From: Octopus bimaculoides
Lineage: Eukaryota
Length of the DNA: 40,800 bases
Assembly (NCBI RefSeq): GCF_001194135.2
Contig: NC_068982.1
Location: 2,246,329-2,287,128, forward strand
Reading direction: 5' to 3'
In this document: piece after piece, positions 1 through 11,130 of the stretch
Layout: the number at the start of each line of letters is the position of its first letter
Numbering within the stretch: position 1 is the first letter of the stretch
Position numbers and translations under genes: made by a program
Notes under the pieces: generated by a model
Seen by the model: only the letters and a program-made list of their open reading frames with translations
The model's database searches: none
Told to the model about the DNA's origin: nothing

Positions 1-50
<50 letters not shown>
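1..50. repeat. (GT)n microsatellite
   Basis: Pure GT run at the window start. Confidence 0.98.
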
Positions 51-52
<2 letters not shown>

Positions 53-494
53 ACTTTTATAATAGGATTTCGACTATGGTGACGTTGACATCTGGAAGAT
101 GTTTCTCAGGTTATCAAACATTTAACTGTTCTACCAACTTTTGTCTTCATGTCAGTCGTTTTTATTTCGGAAGCCACACACCTCTACTATTCTCTTGCCA
201 TAATTCAGGTATAAAAACATGACTTCAGCAAAGTGTACCTTAAATGCCTTTTCTCCGAAAATACTATGTCCCTCGCTCCCATCTTCGCAATCATCGTACA
301 ACACTGCCCATAGTATTAACTTCTGTACTCTTTACATCTACCTCTAAGCGCCTACATAGCGAATACACTTGATCCTTCAGGCGGTACCCTAACTGCTAAT
401 ATTTTACTCATCCCTCGCCAAATACATATTATAAATATTTATTAAGAGGAAATTTTATTACGATGGCGTAACTAATTAAAATGTAATACGCTTC

Positions 495-750
495 TTTTTT
501 ATTCTTTATTTGTTTCAGTCATTAGACGGCGGCCACGCTGGAGCAACGCCTTGAACAAATTTAGTCGGATAGATCATCCTTGGACTTGTTTTCTTTTTAA
601 ACCTGGTTTTTATGTTATCGGTCATTCAATCGAACTGCTAAGTTACAGGGATATAAACACACCACCACTGTTTGTAAAGCGATGATGGAAGACAAAGACA
701 CACGCACCTGCACGCACGCACACACACAATATACACACACACACACACAG

Positions 751-781
<31 letters not shown>

Positions 782-957
782 CATATACAACGGACTTTCA
801 GTTTTCGTCTGAGAAATTGACATACAATGCTTTCGTCTGACATATTCATACTCGAAGCTATAGTAGAAGACATTTGCCCAAGGTGTTACATACTAGGACT
901 AAACTGGGAACCATAGGGTTGGGAAGTTAACTCCTTACCACACAGCCATTCCTGTGG
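495..957 (-). mobile_element. Full-length tRNA-derived SINE, family B (CORE-like, internal CA microsatellite), diverged
   Basis: On the minus strand the head reads caggaatggctgtgtggtaagg...ttcccagtttagtcc, followed by accttgggcaaatgtcttctactatagc (resembles the CORE-SINE CCTTGGGCAAG motif). An internal (CA)n lies at ~700-790, then the tail ...gctccagcgtggccgccgtctaatgactgaaacaaataaagaata. It matches the copies at 30343-30935, 31375-31610 and 32744-32909. Confidence 0.9.
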
Positions 958-1130
958 CTATATATAGATAAAGAATATATATTTAGAAACGCGCTGCACT
1001 ACATACTTCATTCCTTGAATTCCTCAACTGGGACGTTTTTCAAAAAGCAAGTTTGTTGACGCTAAATATTGACCGTATGAACAAGATCTGCCTGAGATGA
1101 TTTAAGTGACCTCTGGAGACATCATTTACA

Positions 1131-1348
1131 GGCAGCAAATTGGCAAACCCCTTAGCATGCCGGACTAAATGTGTTGCGTTATTTCGTCCGTCATTTCATT
1201 CTGACTGGAAGTTCCGCCGAGGTGGACTTTACCTTTCATTCATTCGAGATCGATAAAATAAATACCAGCTGAGTACTGGAGTCGATGTAATCGACTTGAC
1301 ACATAACCCACCATTGCTGTTCTTGTACCAAAATTTGAAACCAATATT
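1131..1348 (+). mobile_element. tRNA-derived SINE, family A (Meta-domain-like core)
   Basis: ggcagcaaattggcaaacc head, then gccgaggtggactttacctttcattcattcgagatcgataaaataaataccag core, then ctggagtcgatgtaatcgactt. More than 10 homologous copies occur in the window. Confidence 0.9.
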
Positions 1349-2299
1349 AATTTTCCAATCTATTCTCAACTTCAGACAATCCCAGACCCTCTCAAATCAA
1401 CTTCTCATCTTTAATAGTTCTACATTTCTATCCAATTATTCAGTTTCAGGAATAATTGCAATTTGGAAATGTCGCAAGATTTTAATTGTGAGGTTCATTT
1501 CAGTGAAGTCCATTTGGAAATAACGGTGCAATAGGTTTACGAGCTAAAACGACTCACGTTCGAAGAGTATTAATTTTATGATTACGAAACGTCATTCCTC
1601 TACCACTTATACGCCCAAGTTCCATTTCGTTCGACCCAATAATAAAGCATGCATTTTATATGGCATTGACACTTCAACTTACACCACTCAATAACATATT
1701 TCGACTTATGAACGATATTTTACCATAAAAATCATACTGCCGAAAGGCTAAATCTTCTTGAATCTTTCAGCCGGGACGTTTAAACAAGCAAACAAAAAAA
1801 AACCCGAATGTATGTTCAAACTCAGTATTAACTGTATAACATTATCTGTCTTAGAGGGTTTAAGAGGCCTATGGTAATAACATCTTATCATAAAGCTATC
1901 CATGCATATAATTCTACGCTTGATGTGTTGATATTGGTCTTATTTCCTTCATGATTATTTGCAAATTTATGCAATTAATTGTATAAATAGTAATTATGTT
2001 AATTCGGAATTATTTTAGATGTAAAACAATCTATGTATTATTCGATGCGTATAAATGTATAAATAGATGTATACGATAAATTAATATATATATACATATA
2101 TGCTGATATAAGAGTGTACTGTGTATGTGTGGTGTGTTTGTGTGCGTGTGTTTGAAGTGTGTGTGTGTATGAAGGTGTACGTAGGTAATTTATGTAGAAA
2201 AAGCAGATGCAAAATGTGCACGCAAGAAAAAAACCCAGATATATGCCTTATAGCTTAATGTCTTAGAGATAATAGTTCAGAGTTTGTTTTAGTTCATAT

Positions 2300-2800
2300 A
2301 TGTGTTTGCATGTGTGTGTGTATGTATATGTATGTGTACATACATTATCTATCTATCCATCTATCTATATATCTACGTATATATCTATCTATACATATAT
2401 ATATATGAGTGTGTGTGTGTGTGTGTGTGTCTGTGTGTGTGTNNNNNNNNNNNNNNNNNNNNNNNNNNNNNNNNNNNNNNNNNNNNNNNNNNNNNNNNNN
2501 NNNNNNNNNNNNNNNNNNNNNNNNNNNNNNNNNNNNNNNNNNNNNNNNNNNNNNNNNNNNNNNNNNNNNNNNNNNNNNNNNNNNNNNNNNNNNNNNNNNN
2601 NNNNNNNNNNNNNNNNNNNNNNNNNNNNNNNNNNNNNNNNNNNNNNNNNNNNNNNNNNNNNNNNNNNNNNNNNNNNNNNNNNNNNNNNNNNNNNNNNNNN
2701 NNNNNNNNNNNNNNNNNNNNNNNNNNNNNNNNNNNNNNNNATATACATGTCTGTATGTGCGTGTGTGTTTGTGTGTGTATGTATGTGCGTATATGTGTGC
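2300..2800. repeat. Compound (TA)/(TATC)/(GT) microsatellite with N-gap 2443-2740
   Basis: Seen directly. Confidence 0.95.
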
Positions 2801-3764
2801 ATGCTTATGTCAGTGGGCAATATTTCAAATGAAGTATATGATCGAACTATATTCACACAGAATGCGCTCCCTAAAATATGTAGATGTCGTGAAATTGAAA
2901 TCTTGCTAAATATGTGTCTCATATGTGTTATCGTACTCACTCGAAAGAAATTTTCTCAAGACTTTAAATTTTTGTTATGTACAGGCTGTAGCAATTGCAT
3001 TTGCTGTTTAATTTTTCAGCTGATGGCAGTGATCATTTGAGAAATGCTTACTTGTTCATAGTAATCCTTGATTAAGTCATATTAATTTGTGTAATATTTT
3101 GTATTAGGTTGTAGAACTGAATAACTTGTAGTGGTTGAAATACGCGTGGTAGATGGCAAGTGAAATGGGAATATATAATTCTATATACAATTCTGCCGAA
3201 ATCTGTGAATGATTATTTAAATCATATATTTTTACAAGCCTATTAGACTTATATATTTCTCTTTTAAATGGTAAATATTGTTAATTTTCTTGAAAAATGT
3301 ATAGAGAAACTTTCAACATGTTACATGTAATTATTTTACGAAGAATAATTAAAATAAAATTATGCACGGGTGTCAATTCAATTAATGAACATAGCAATGA
3401 TAAAGATATTTACTGTACACAATGTTAGATCAAAGTTCAACATTTGTTCGAAAAGTAATGAAACTGTTATTCGATGGAAAATAAAGCTGCTGAAATAATT
3501 GATGTGTACATTTATTTATTTATTTGCATGTATCAAAGATGTATCTTTGTAACTAGGAGCAGAATACATGTCAGAAATAGCTGTAAGGTAATAAAGAACA
3601 CCATTTTATTTGTGTTACACTTTTTCTCCAGTCATTCATTATAAAGTTTCGCTCTGTAGTCTCCTGACAATTTACTCTTTCGCAGAAGAATATTGAATTC
3701 TAACAAAGTTATTAGTGTTGCTTTTCCAAAACGAGCAAATCATTATTCATACATGCACGCACGC

Positions 3765-3862
3765 ACATACAGACATACTGATACACATAGTCACACACAC
3801 GCACACGCACACGCACGTTCGGACAAACACGCAACACGCACGCGCGCACACACAAAACACAC
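3765..3862. repeat. Imperfect (CA)n/(CACG)n tract at the 3' end of the LINE
   Basis: Seen directly; abuts the LINE 3' end. Confidence 0.9.
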
Positions 3863-3864
3863 GC

Positions 3865-6135
3865 CCTGAGATAGGATCATCTAGAACACTAGACAGGAGG
3901 TGATCCAGTTTTGTTTTGAAGACACCTACATCCACACCATGCAGACCTGTCAGGGATTTTGGAAGGATATAGAAGAGATGTGATCACTTGAAACACAAAT
4001 TGTTGTGGTATCTGGTCCTGTATTTTGACGGTGACACTGTGAGTTTTCTGCTGTTTGTGTAACTCTTCGTGCAAAAGCTTTGTACAAGGGCTTCCAGGAT
4101 TTTCCAGATGTATATCACTGGATACCTTTCTTTCCTTTGTTCCAGGAAGAAGAGTTTTAATTCTTTCAGTCTTTCCCAGTAGCTGATACTTTGCATTGAG
4201 ACGATTTTCTTAGTGTAGCTTCATTGGATGTCTTCCAGTTCCACTGGTAATTTTATATTGTGTGATGACCATAGTTGGGAGCAGTAGTCCAAGCAGCTGA
4301 GAACATATATCCTCCAAAGGAGCATCAATGTCTCTTTTTCTCTTGTTTTGAAAGTTCAGAGGGATCCATCCAGCAAGCCGTTTGCATTTTAGTACGAAAT
4401 TGATAATATGCACTTAAAAAGATGCATCATTGCTCATATCAATGCTCAGGTCAAGCACTGATTTTGATTCAGGAATTGCACTTCCTTCCGTGCAAGTGTA
4501 TCCTGTCTGCATGTAGTTCAGTTTTGTGTGCTGATGGGGCATGGCTTGGAATTTCCCTGCAATAAACATTGCTGTCCTCAGCCCACCTGTATATTGCGTC
4601 CGATTCGCGTTGCAGATTCGCAATATTTCCAAGATTTTGTATTGCCTGAGAGACATTTGTGTTATCTGCAGAGCTAGCGAGGGTGGCTTTCTGAGCAGCT
4701 GAGGGTATATCTGAGTAGGTCACTGTAAATAGCAGTCGCTCTTAAACAGTGCCCTGTGGAACACCACTTTCTACTTGTGTTTCCTCTGTGGAAGCTCCAT
4801 TGGCCACCACTGCCTGATGTCTATCTTTTTGAAAGTCGTGAAGCCACTCTCCAAGTTCTCCGACGATGCCGAGATCACACAGCTTGTGGCATGTCATACC
4901 ATAATGGTCGACTTTATGAAAAGATTCTGCAAAGTCGAGATATATCACATTCACACTTGTGTTATTTATCAGCTGTTTTAATACCCAGTCGTAATGTCGT
5001 AAGAGATGTGTCAGGCACCTTCTACCTGATCGAAATTCATGCTGGGTATCGGTTACCATGTCTTTCGTCAAGGAATGCGTTTCGTCTCTTGCGGACTATT
5101 CGTTCCTTGACTTTGTTGATGTGTGAGGTCAGAAAGACAGGCTTATAAATTTTCGCATCTGCTCTGCATCCTCCTTTATGGACAGGGCATATTATCCCTT
5201 CCTTCAGTTTGTCTGGGAGCTTACCACTTGCAAGAAAGCTCTGAAAAAGGAACTGCAGTGCTATTCCAAGGGCTCGTTTGCACAATTTGAGAAGTATTGG
5301 GGGGAATCCAACAGGGCCAGCAGCTGCGGTTGTGCGAACCTCATCTATGAATAGTGTCACATCCTCTTTAATATTGCTGTAATAAACGTTCGCCTCTTTT
5401 GGTTGCAGCGGCCAACACTTCTACTGGTTTGATCACTTTTCTGTGCCCCAGAGGAGTAGGGAACATATTTTGGAACAGTTCATTCAATATTTCAGTTATC
5501 CTTATTGTGTTACCCGTGAGTGGGTCATCGGTTTTGAAAGAGAGACTCTATCTTGAGGCGTACTGAGGCTGTGTCTTTGTCAAAGTTAAAAAAGAAGCTT
5601 CAGACTTCAACTTGCTATTTTCTATAACTTAGGCCTCCTTATCTGTTCTTTCCTTTTCATGCGACTGATGCAGACTTTTCTCAATCTTCAAAAACACTCT
5701 CTTCAGGCGAGAAATTCCATTACTTTTGAGGTACTTGTTCAGGGGATTCGCAAATTTTCCTTTCCCTAAGTATTTTGTTTTTGTGTAAGTTCACCTAGTG
5801 CTCTGGGACTGATTTGCCACATATGGCTTGCATTATGGACATGAAATGTTTGTGTCTCATATCAATGTCTGGTGTAGAGAGACATTTAATCCCAATCCAG
5901 TTTGAAGATTTCTTTCTCAATCAACTTCCAGTTAGCTTTATGTAGCTTCAATCTGGAAAGATTTCGGGTACTTCGTATAGACTGTAGATCTGCAAGGACT
6001 TTTGGCCAATACAGAGAACAGCTCTATTATGTTGTGATCCGAGACTAACATCGTTGTCACTTTTACATTATGGAAAATGTCCATAATTTTTGTGAAGCAG
6101 AAATTCAGTATATTATTTGCCCTGGTTGGTTGCAG
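3865..6135 (-). mobile_element. CR1-like (CR1/L2 group) LINE ORF2 remnant: end of AP endonuclease, RT and 3' end; frameshifted
   Basis: Minus-strand pieces read in LINE order: PTRANNILNFCFT...SDHNIIE (APE C-terminus), AAGPVGFPPILLK, ICPVHKGG..ADAKIYKPVFLTSHINKVKERIV, VIYLDFAESFHKVDH, WLHDFQKDRHQAVV, SGVPQGTV, LASSADNTNV (decayed YADD), SYWERLKELKLFFLEQRKERY, GVFKTKLDHLLSSV. It has many stops and frameshifts. Confidence 0.92.
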
Positions 6136-6159
6136 TACAATGTGCGAATATATATGAAT

Positions 6160-6755
6160 ATGCATGTATAAATATATATATATANNNNNNNNNNNNNNNN
6201 NNNNNNNNNNNNNNNNNNNNNNNNNNNNNNNNNNNNNNNNNNNNNNNNNNNNNNNNNNNNNNNNNNNNNNNNNNNNNNNNNNNNNNNNNNNNNNNNNNNN
6301 NNNNNNNNNNNNNNNNNNNNNNNNNNNNNNNNNNNNNNNNNNNNNNNNNNNNNNNNNNNNNNNNNNNNNNNNNNNNNNNNNNNNNNNNNNNNNNNNNNNN
6401 NNNNNNNNNNNNNNNNNNNNNNNNNNNNNNNNNNNNNNNNNNNNNNNNNNNNNNNNNNNNNNNNNNNNNNNNNNNNNNNNNNNNNNNNNNNNNNNNNNNN
6501 NNNNNNNNNNNNNNNNNNNNNNNNNNNNNNNNNNNNNNNNNNNNNNNNNNNNNNNNNNNNNNNNNNNNNNNNNNNNNNNNNNNNNNNNNNNNNNNNNNNN
6601 NNNNNNNNNNNNNNNNNNNNNNNNNNNNNNNNNNNNNNNNNNNNNNNNNNNNNNNNNNNNNNNNNNNNNNNNNNNNNNNNNNNNNNNNNNNNNNNNNNNN
6701 NNNNNNNNNNNNNNNNNNNNNNNNNNNNNNNNNNNNNNNNNNNNNNNNNNNNNNN

Positions 6756-6787
<32 letters not shown>
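6160..6787. repeat. (AT)n tracts flanking N-gap 6185-6755
   Basis: Seen directly. Confidence 0.95.
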
Positions 6788-6791
<4 letters not shown>

Positions 6792-7254
6792 CGGTTCGTT
6801 ATGCCCGGTCGGGAAATCATCTTTGGATCCCTACCTATAAAGTTCTTAGCGCTATAGATCTATAGATGATTCATGACAGATGTTGGCCGGAATTACATAA
6901 CCTCTCTGGAGCTGGTGGTCGGAACACCCTATTACAGCCAGGATTTTTCGGCAAGTGTGTTTGAGGACCGCATCTCTTATGTGCCGGAGAGATAACTCCA
7001 TTTCGCGTAGAAATATTGTCCAACAATAGAAAATCTTTCCGGGACGTTTTGTTTAGCATCCTAGCTGAAAAAAATGTTTTCCTACTTTTAATTGTAGAGG
7101 AGTTCCGTGACAGCGGCCAACAATCCTAAGGAGTCAACTATGCCGCTCAAATCCTCCTCTTCGATCGGTCAAAACAGACTACCTGCTTAGTTCCCGCATT
7201 TTTTAAACCCATTATTAACAAACATCGAATTACCGAGCTGGTACTTAAGAAATG

Positions 7255-8290
7255 TAGAAAATCTCATGAGAAGAAGTATAAAAACAGCTTAGAGGATCGT
7301 GTAAGTTAACATTTTAGGCAGATGAGGCGCCCAGCAAGCCGCCACCCAGGTTCAAAATCTTTACTACTCAAGCATTGTACCGTTGTGCTAAACAGAGCTT
7401 GATAACCGATCTCGTCTTTTTAACGCTGAATAATAGGTTTTGAATTGTTTGGATATTTTCCTAAAAGTGCCGATTGAGTAGGTATTTTATGAATGAAGAA
7501 TATCTCGAATGTAAGAGAGCTGTGAAAACAGTTTAGAGGACCGTATGAATTGCCCTTACAGACAGATAAAATGTCCAAACACCACAGACAATAGAACACT
7601 GAACTTTTCACATTTTATTTTACGACACGTTACCATTGAACAAAACAACCCTGATTAGAGCTCCCGTCTTTATAAAACTAAAACGTTTGGAATGTCAAAA
7701 CATTTTTATACGCAAATATTTAATAGGTATTTTGGAAATAACGAAAAATCTCGAACAGATGTGAACACTTCTTAGAGGATCGTGTCATTTATCCTTATGG
7801 AGAGAAAAGTGACAGGCAAGCCGCTTCACAGATTCGAACTGTGCATCTCTCAAATTCCAGCTACACACAGTGTACCCATGAGCTAAAGGAACCCTGATAA
7901 AAGATCCCGATATTTTGAAAGCTAAAATAATAACTTTCAGAATACTAGAACACTTTTATAAGCATAACATCCAGGCATCGACAGAGTATGTATTTTTAGA
8001 ATTGCAGAAAATCTCGAACGCTTAAGAAGATATATGAAAAGAGCTTAGAAGATCGTGTAAATTACCCTTATAAACGGATAAAGCGCCAAATAAGCCAGTG
8101 CAGGGAATTCATCTCTGTAGCTCTCACATTGTACACGATTACACTGTAACATTGAGTTAAACAACTGCTGATAACAGGCGCAGCCTTTTTTAACGCTGAA
8201 TAATCGACGTTTGGAACGTTAGAACAAGTCTAAACACACATGAAAGCGCCGATTGAGTGAGTATTATAAAACTGAAGAAGATATGGAAAT
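7255..8290 (-). repeat. Diverged tandem array, 4 units of ~240-270 bp, each with a tRNA-like module
   Basis: The anchor ttaga(g/a)ga(t/c)cgt recurs at ~7289, 7533, 7772 and 8045, and aa(a/t)atctc at ~7258, 7499, 7745 and 8008. Units 1 and 4 share tttttaacgctgaataat (~7417, ~8186) and gccgattgagt (7469, 8248). A more decayed partial unit probably lies at ~7080-7255. Confidence 0.85.
7820..7892 (-). pseudogene. tRNA-like sequence (73 nt), probable tRNA pseudogene or tRNA-derived head; anticodon not assignable
   Basis: Minus strand: gttcctt TAGCTCATGG gtacac ... CACAG TTCGAAT CTGTG aagcggc. It has an A box, a perfect 5-bp/7-nt T-arm containing the B box, and an acceptor stem pairing at 6/7 positions (two G-U). 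TTTT follows a few nt downstream. The D and anticodon stems are degraded. Confidence 0.7.
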
Positions 8291-8720
8291 TGTTCATACT
8301 TTATTTTATGTGGTGGATGAAGGGCAAAGTTTAAATACAAAAGCATACGCGCACACAAGCAGGTATATGAACTTACACCATAAGATTAGGAAGAAAGGTC
8401 GCCACGATCGTGATTTTGATAACCCGCCGCTAATAACCATAATGATATTTCTCTGTGAATTTCACCGGTAGGCCAGCAATTACTAGGGATTTCGGCTAGG
8501 TATACTCGAGATTGCTCCAATCTGGCCAGCTCCAAGGAAAACTAAGCTAAGATCATTAGATTCCTTGGAAGAAAGCAGCGAAGGTGTACGAAAACAAGGA
8601 GGGAAAAAAACGGAGAAGTTTACACAAATACAAATAACAGGACATAACAACAGGTGTCTTTCGACTAAGGACGAATTAAATTAAGCTGGCGTGTGTGGGA
8701 ATAAAGCGTTACGGCAGGGA

Positions 8721-8722
<2 letters not shown>

Positions 8723-8752
<30 letters not shown>

Positions 8753-8789
8753 NNNNNNNNNNNNNNNNNNNNNNNNNNNNNNNNNNNNN

Positions 8790-8818
<29 letters not shown>
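8723..8818. repeat. (TA)n - N-gap 8753-8789 - (GA)n
   Basis: Seen directly. Confidence 0.95.
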
Positions 8819-8822
<4 letters not shown>

Positions 8823-9352
8823 AGCTATATTTGCAAATTAAAGAAAATCGCTCACTAAATAATATAGACTTCATGTTTATTGAGAATCTTTTGGATATTC
8901 ACGATAATACCATTGGGAATTTGAAGCACTTAAGATACTTCCAGTCGATCAGACAATATTGATGTAAAAAGTTGAAGCTTAGTCTGCGACGCAGTAGTTG
9001 GATACTTCATACTTGAGGCAGTGAAAATATGATATTTGAAGTGAATTGAATTATATATATATGAAAATAGACTGTGTAAGGCAGCACGAGTTTTTGATGG
9101 TAATTTCCAATATCTGCGAATACATCTGCTTTGTCTTTGTGTATAGACAGTCATAGTTAGAATTAACCTATAATTGGATCTATGAATTATGTTTCACATA
9201 ATCTGAAGAACATACATTCTTTTGTAGAAAGACTGTAAAAAAAAAAGACTGTATATTAAGGAATAGTTTATAATAGAGTAAAGAGTAGAGCATCGAAAGT
9301 TCAATTGAATTATCAGCAACACGGCGCTACTTTATACGTCTCACATAATTAA

Positions 9353-9580
9353 GGCAACGAGCTGACGGAATGGAATCGTGACCACGGCGAGAGAAATGCT
9401 TAGCGGCATTTCGTCCGTCCTTACGTTCTGAGTTCTAATCCTGCAGTGGTCGACTTTGCCTTTCATCCCTTCGGAATCTATCAAAAGAAACACCAGCTGA
9501 GCATCGGTGTTGATGTAAACGACTTATGACTTATTCACCACCCCTTGAAATTGTAGGCTTTGTGTCAATATTTGAAACTA
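9353..9580 (+). mobile_element. SINE family A, diverged
   Basis: gaaatgcttagcggcatttcgtccgtccttacgttctgagttct...gtcgactttgcctttcatccc. Confidence 0.9.
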
Positions 9581-9597
9581 TTATAATTACTATTAAT

Positions 9598-9818
9598 GCG
9601 TCGAGCGGGCAGAATCGTTAACATGCCGGCCTTAATGCTTGGCAGCATTTCTTCCGTCTTTACGTCTTTACGTTCTGAATTCAAATTCCACCGAGGTCGA
9701 CTTTGACTTTCACCCCCTCGAGGTCGATAAAATTAGTACCGGTTGAGCACTGCGGCCAATGCAATCAACTTACCCCTCCTCCCAAATTGCTGGCCTTCTG
9801 ACAAAATTTGAAAACATT
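9598..9818 (+). mobile_element. SINE family A, directly after the previous copy
   Basis: gggcagaatcgttaacatgccgg...ccgaggtcgactttgactttcacccc..gaggtcgataaaattagtacc. It carries an internal tctttacg duplication. Confidence 0.9.
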
Positions 9819-10571
9819 ATGCATCATAAACCTGGGGCACATCCGTAATTGTGGTTGTTGGTTGTTAATGGGAAATACTAGCAGAAGCTTTTTCACTTAG
9901 AATGGGTGATTGCTACTATCGACTCCTCCCTTCAATTATAAGCCTGCAAAAACCACTGCATGAAGCGCAAGATAATAATATGAATTTGAGACATCTTTAA
10001 ATTCAAACATCTGTTCTTTGAGAGTGAATAATTTCCAGTAAAATGCACGGGATTAAGATGTTAAAGCCATAAATTACAGATATTTGCCCAAATACGAAAT
10101 AAAAAAAAATCTTTTGCAGAAGGCTACAAAAACCATGCATAAACGACTAATCTTTTGATGAATGTAATGCTATCTGGTCTGATGGAAGTAAAACGACTCA
10201 AAACAACTACATATACATATATAATTTACTCTCAAAATGCATTGCTTTTAATCGCTGGATGCAAGAGGGAAAAAACGTTTGTAGCAGACTAAAATGTTGT
10301 CTACACACCGCGAGGCTTACGTATCTGTAAATCCTTGCGAACAGAAATAACTTGTACTTGCAGCAAAGCAAGCTGCATCAAATTGCATCAACATGTTTAA
10401 TCGTTAGCCGAATTAAATGATATAAATTATAACGATTTCTCACAATACGATAAGTGTGTGGTTTTCTTAGTGGAATTGTGGCATAAAACGCAGTGAAATT
10501 GTAGCCTGGAATCATACAGATAAATGAATACATTATATGATATATCTGAATGTTAAATAGCGTTAAAATAT

Positions 10572-10784
10572 CTTTTTCTAATCTAGGTACAAGGCCAAAG
10601 ATTTTTGGGGAGGGAGCCAGTCAATTAGATCGACCACAGTACTCAACTGGTACGTAATTTATCGACCCCGAAAGGATGAAATACAAAGTCGAGCTCGGCG
10701 GTATTTGAACTCAAAACGTAAAGATAAACAAAATAGCACTAAGCATTTTGCCCAGCGGGCTAACGTTTCTGCCAGCTCGCTGCC
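10572..10784 (-). mobile_element. Full-length SINE family A with 9-bp TSD
   Basis: Complete reverse-complement copy, flanked by ttaaaatat at 10563-10571 and 10785-10793. Confidence 0.93.
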
Positions 10785-10861
10785 TTAAAATATTTAAAGT
10801 ACCACCATGTCATAGATGGGGAACGCGTAAATGTGTAGCATAAGTGGGATTATAAAATCCT

Positions 10862-11130
10862 TTCTAATATAGGCACAAGGCCTGAAATTTCTGGAGCTCG
10901 AAAGTATGAAATGCAATGTGGACTTCGGTGAAATGTAAAGAAGAGGCTGAAATTTGGGGAAGGGTGAAGCCGATTCGATTGACACCAGTGTTCAACCACT
11001 ACTTTGTTTCATGAATGTGAAAGAATGAAAGAATGAAATAATGATAGCTAAATTCGATCTCAGCGGAATTTTCAATCCAGAACATAAAGAACTGCAAGAA
11101 ATAGCTCTGAGAGTTTTGTCAGGAGTTCAG
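10862..11130 (-). mobile_element. Rearranged, degenerate SINE family A
   Basis: The tail motif occurs twice (aggcacaaggcctgaaattt ~10870; ggctgaaatttgggga ~10945), followed by a decayed core gaaagaatgaaa...gatctcagcggaattt. Confidence 0.7.

Noticed and set aside
3100-3130. tattaggttgtagaactgaataa resembling a mariner TIR
   Set aside because: I found no matching inverted partner and no transposase remnant nearby.
7820-7892. Functional tRNA gene
   Set aside because: The D stem and anticodon stem do not pair and no anticodon can be assigned, so it is kept only as tRNA-like.
7255-8290. CRISPR-like reading of the periodic repeats
   Set aside because: The context is eukaryotic, the units are ~250 bp and diverged along their whole length, and there are no short identical repeats with unique spacers or cas genes.
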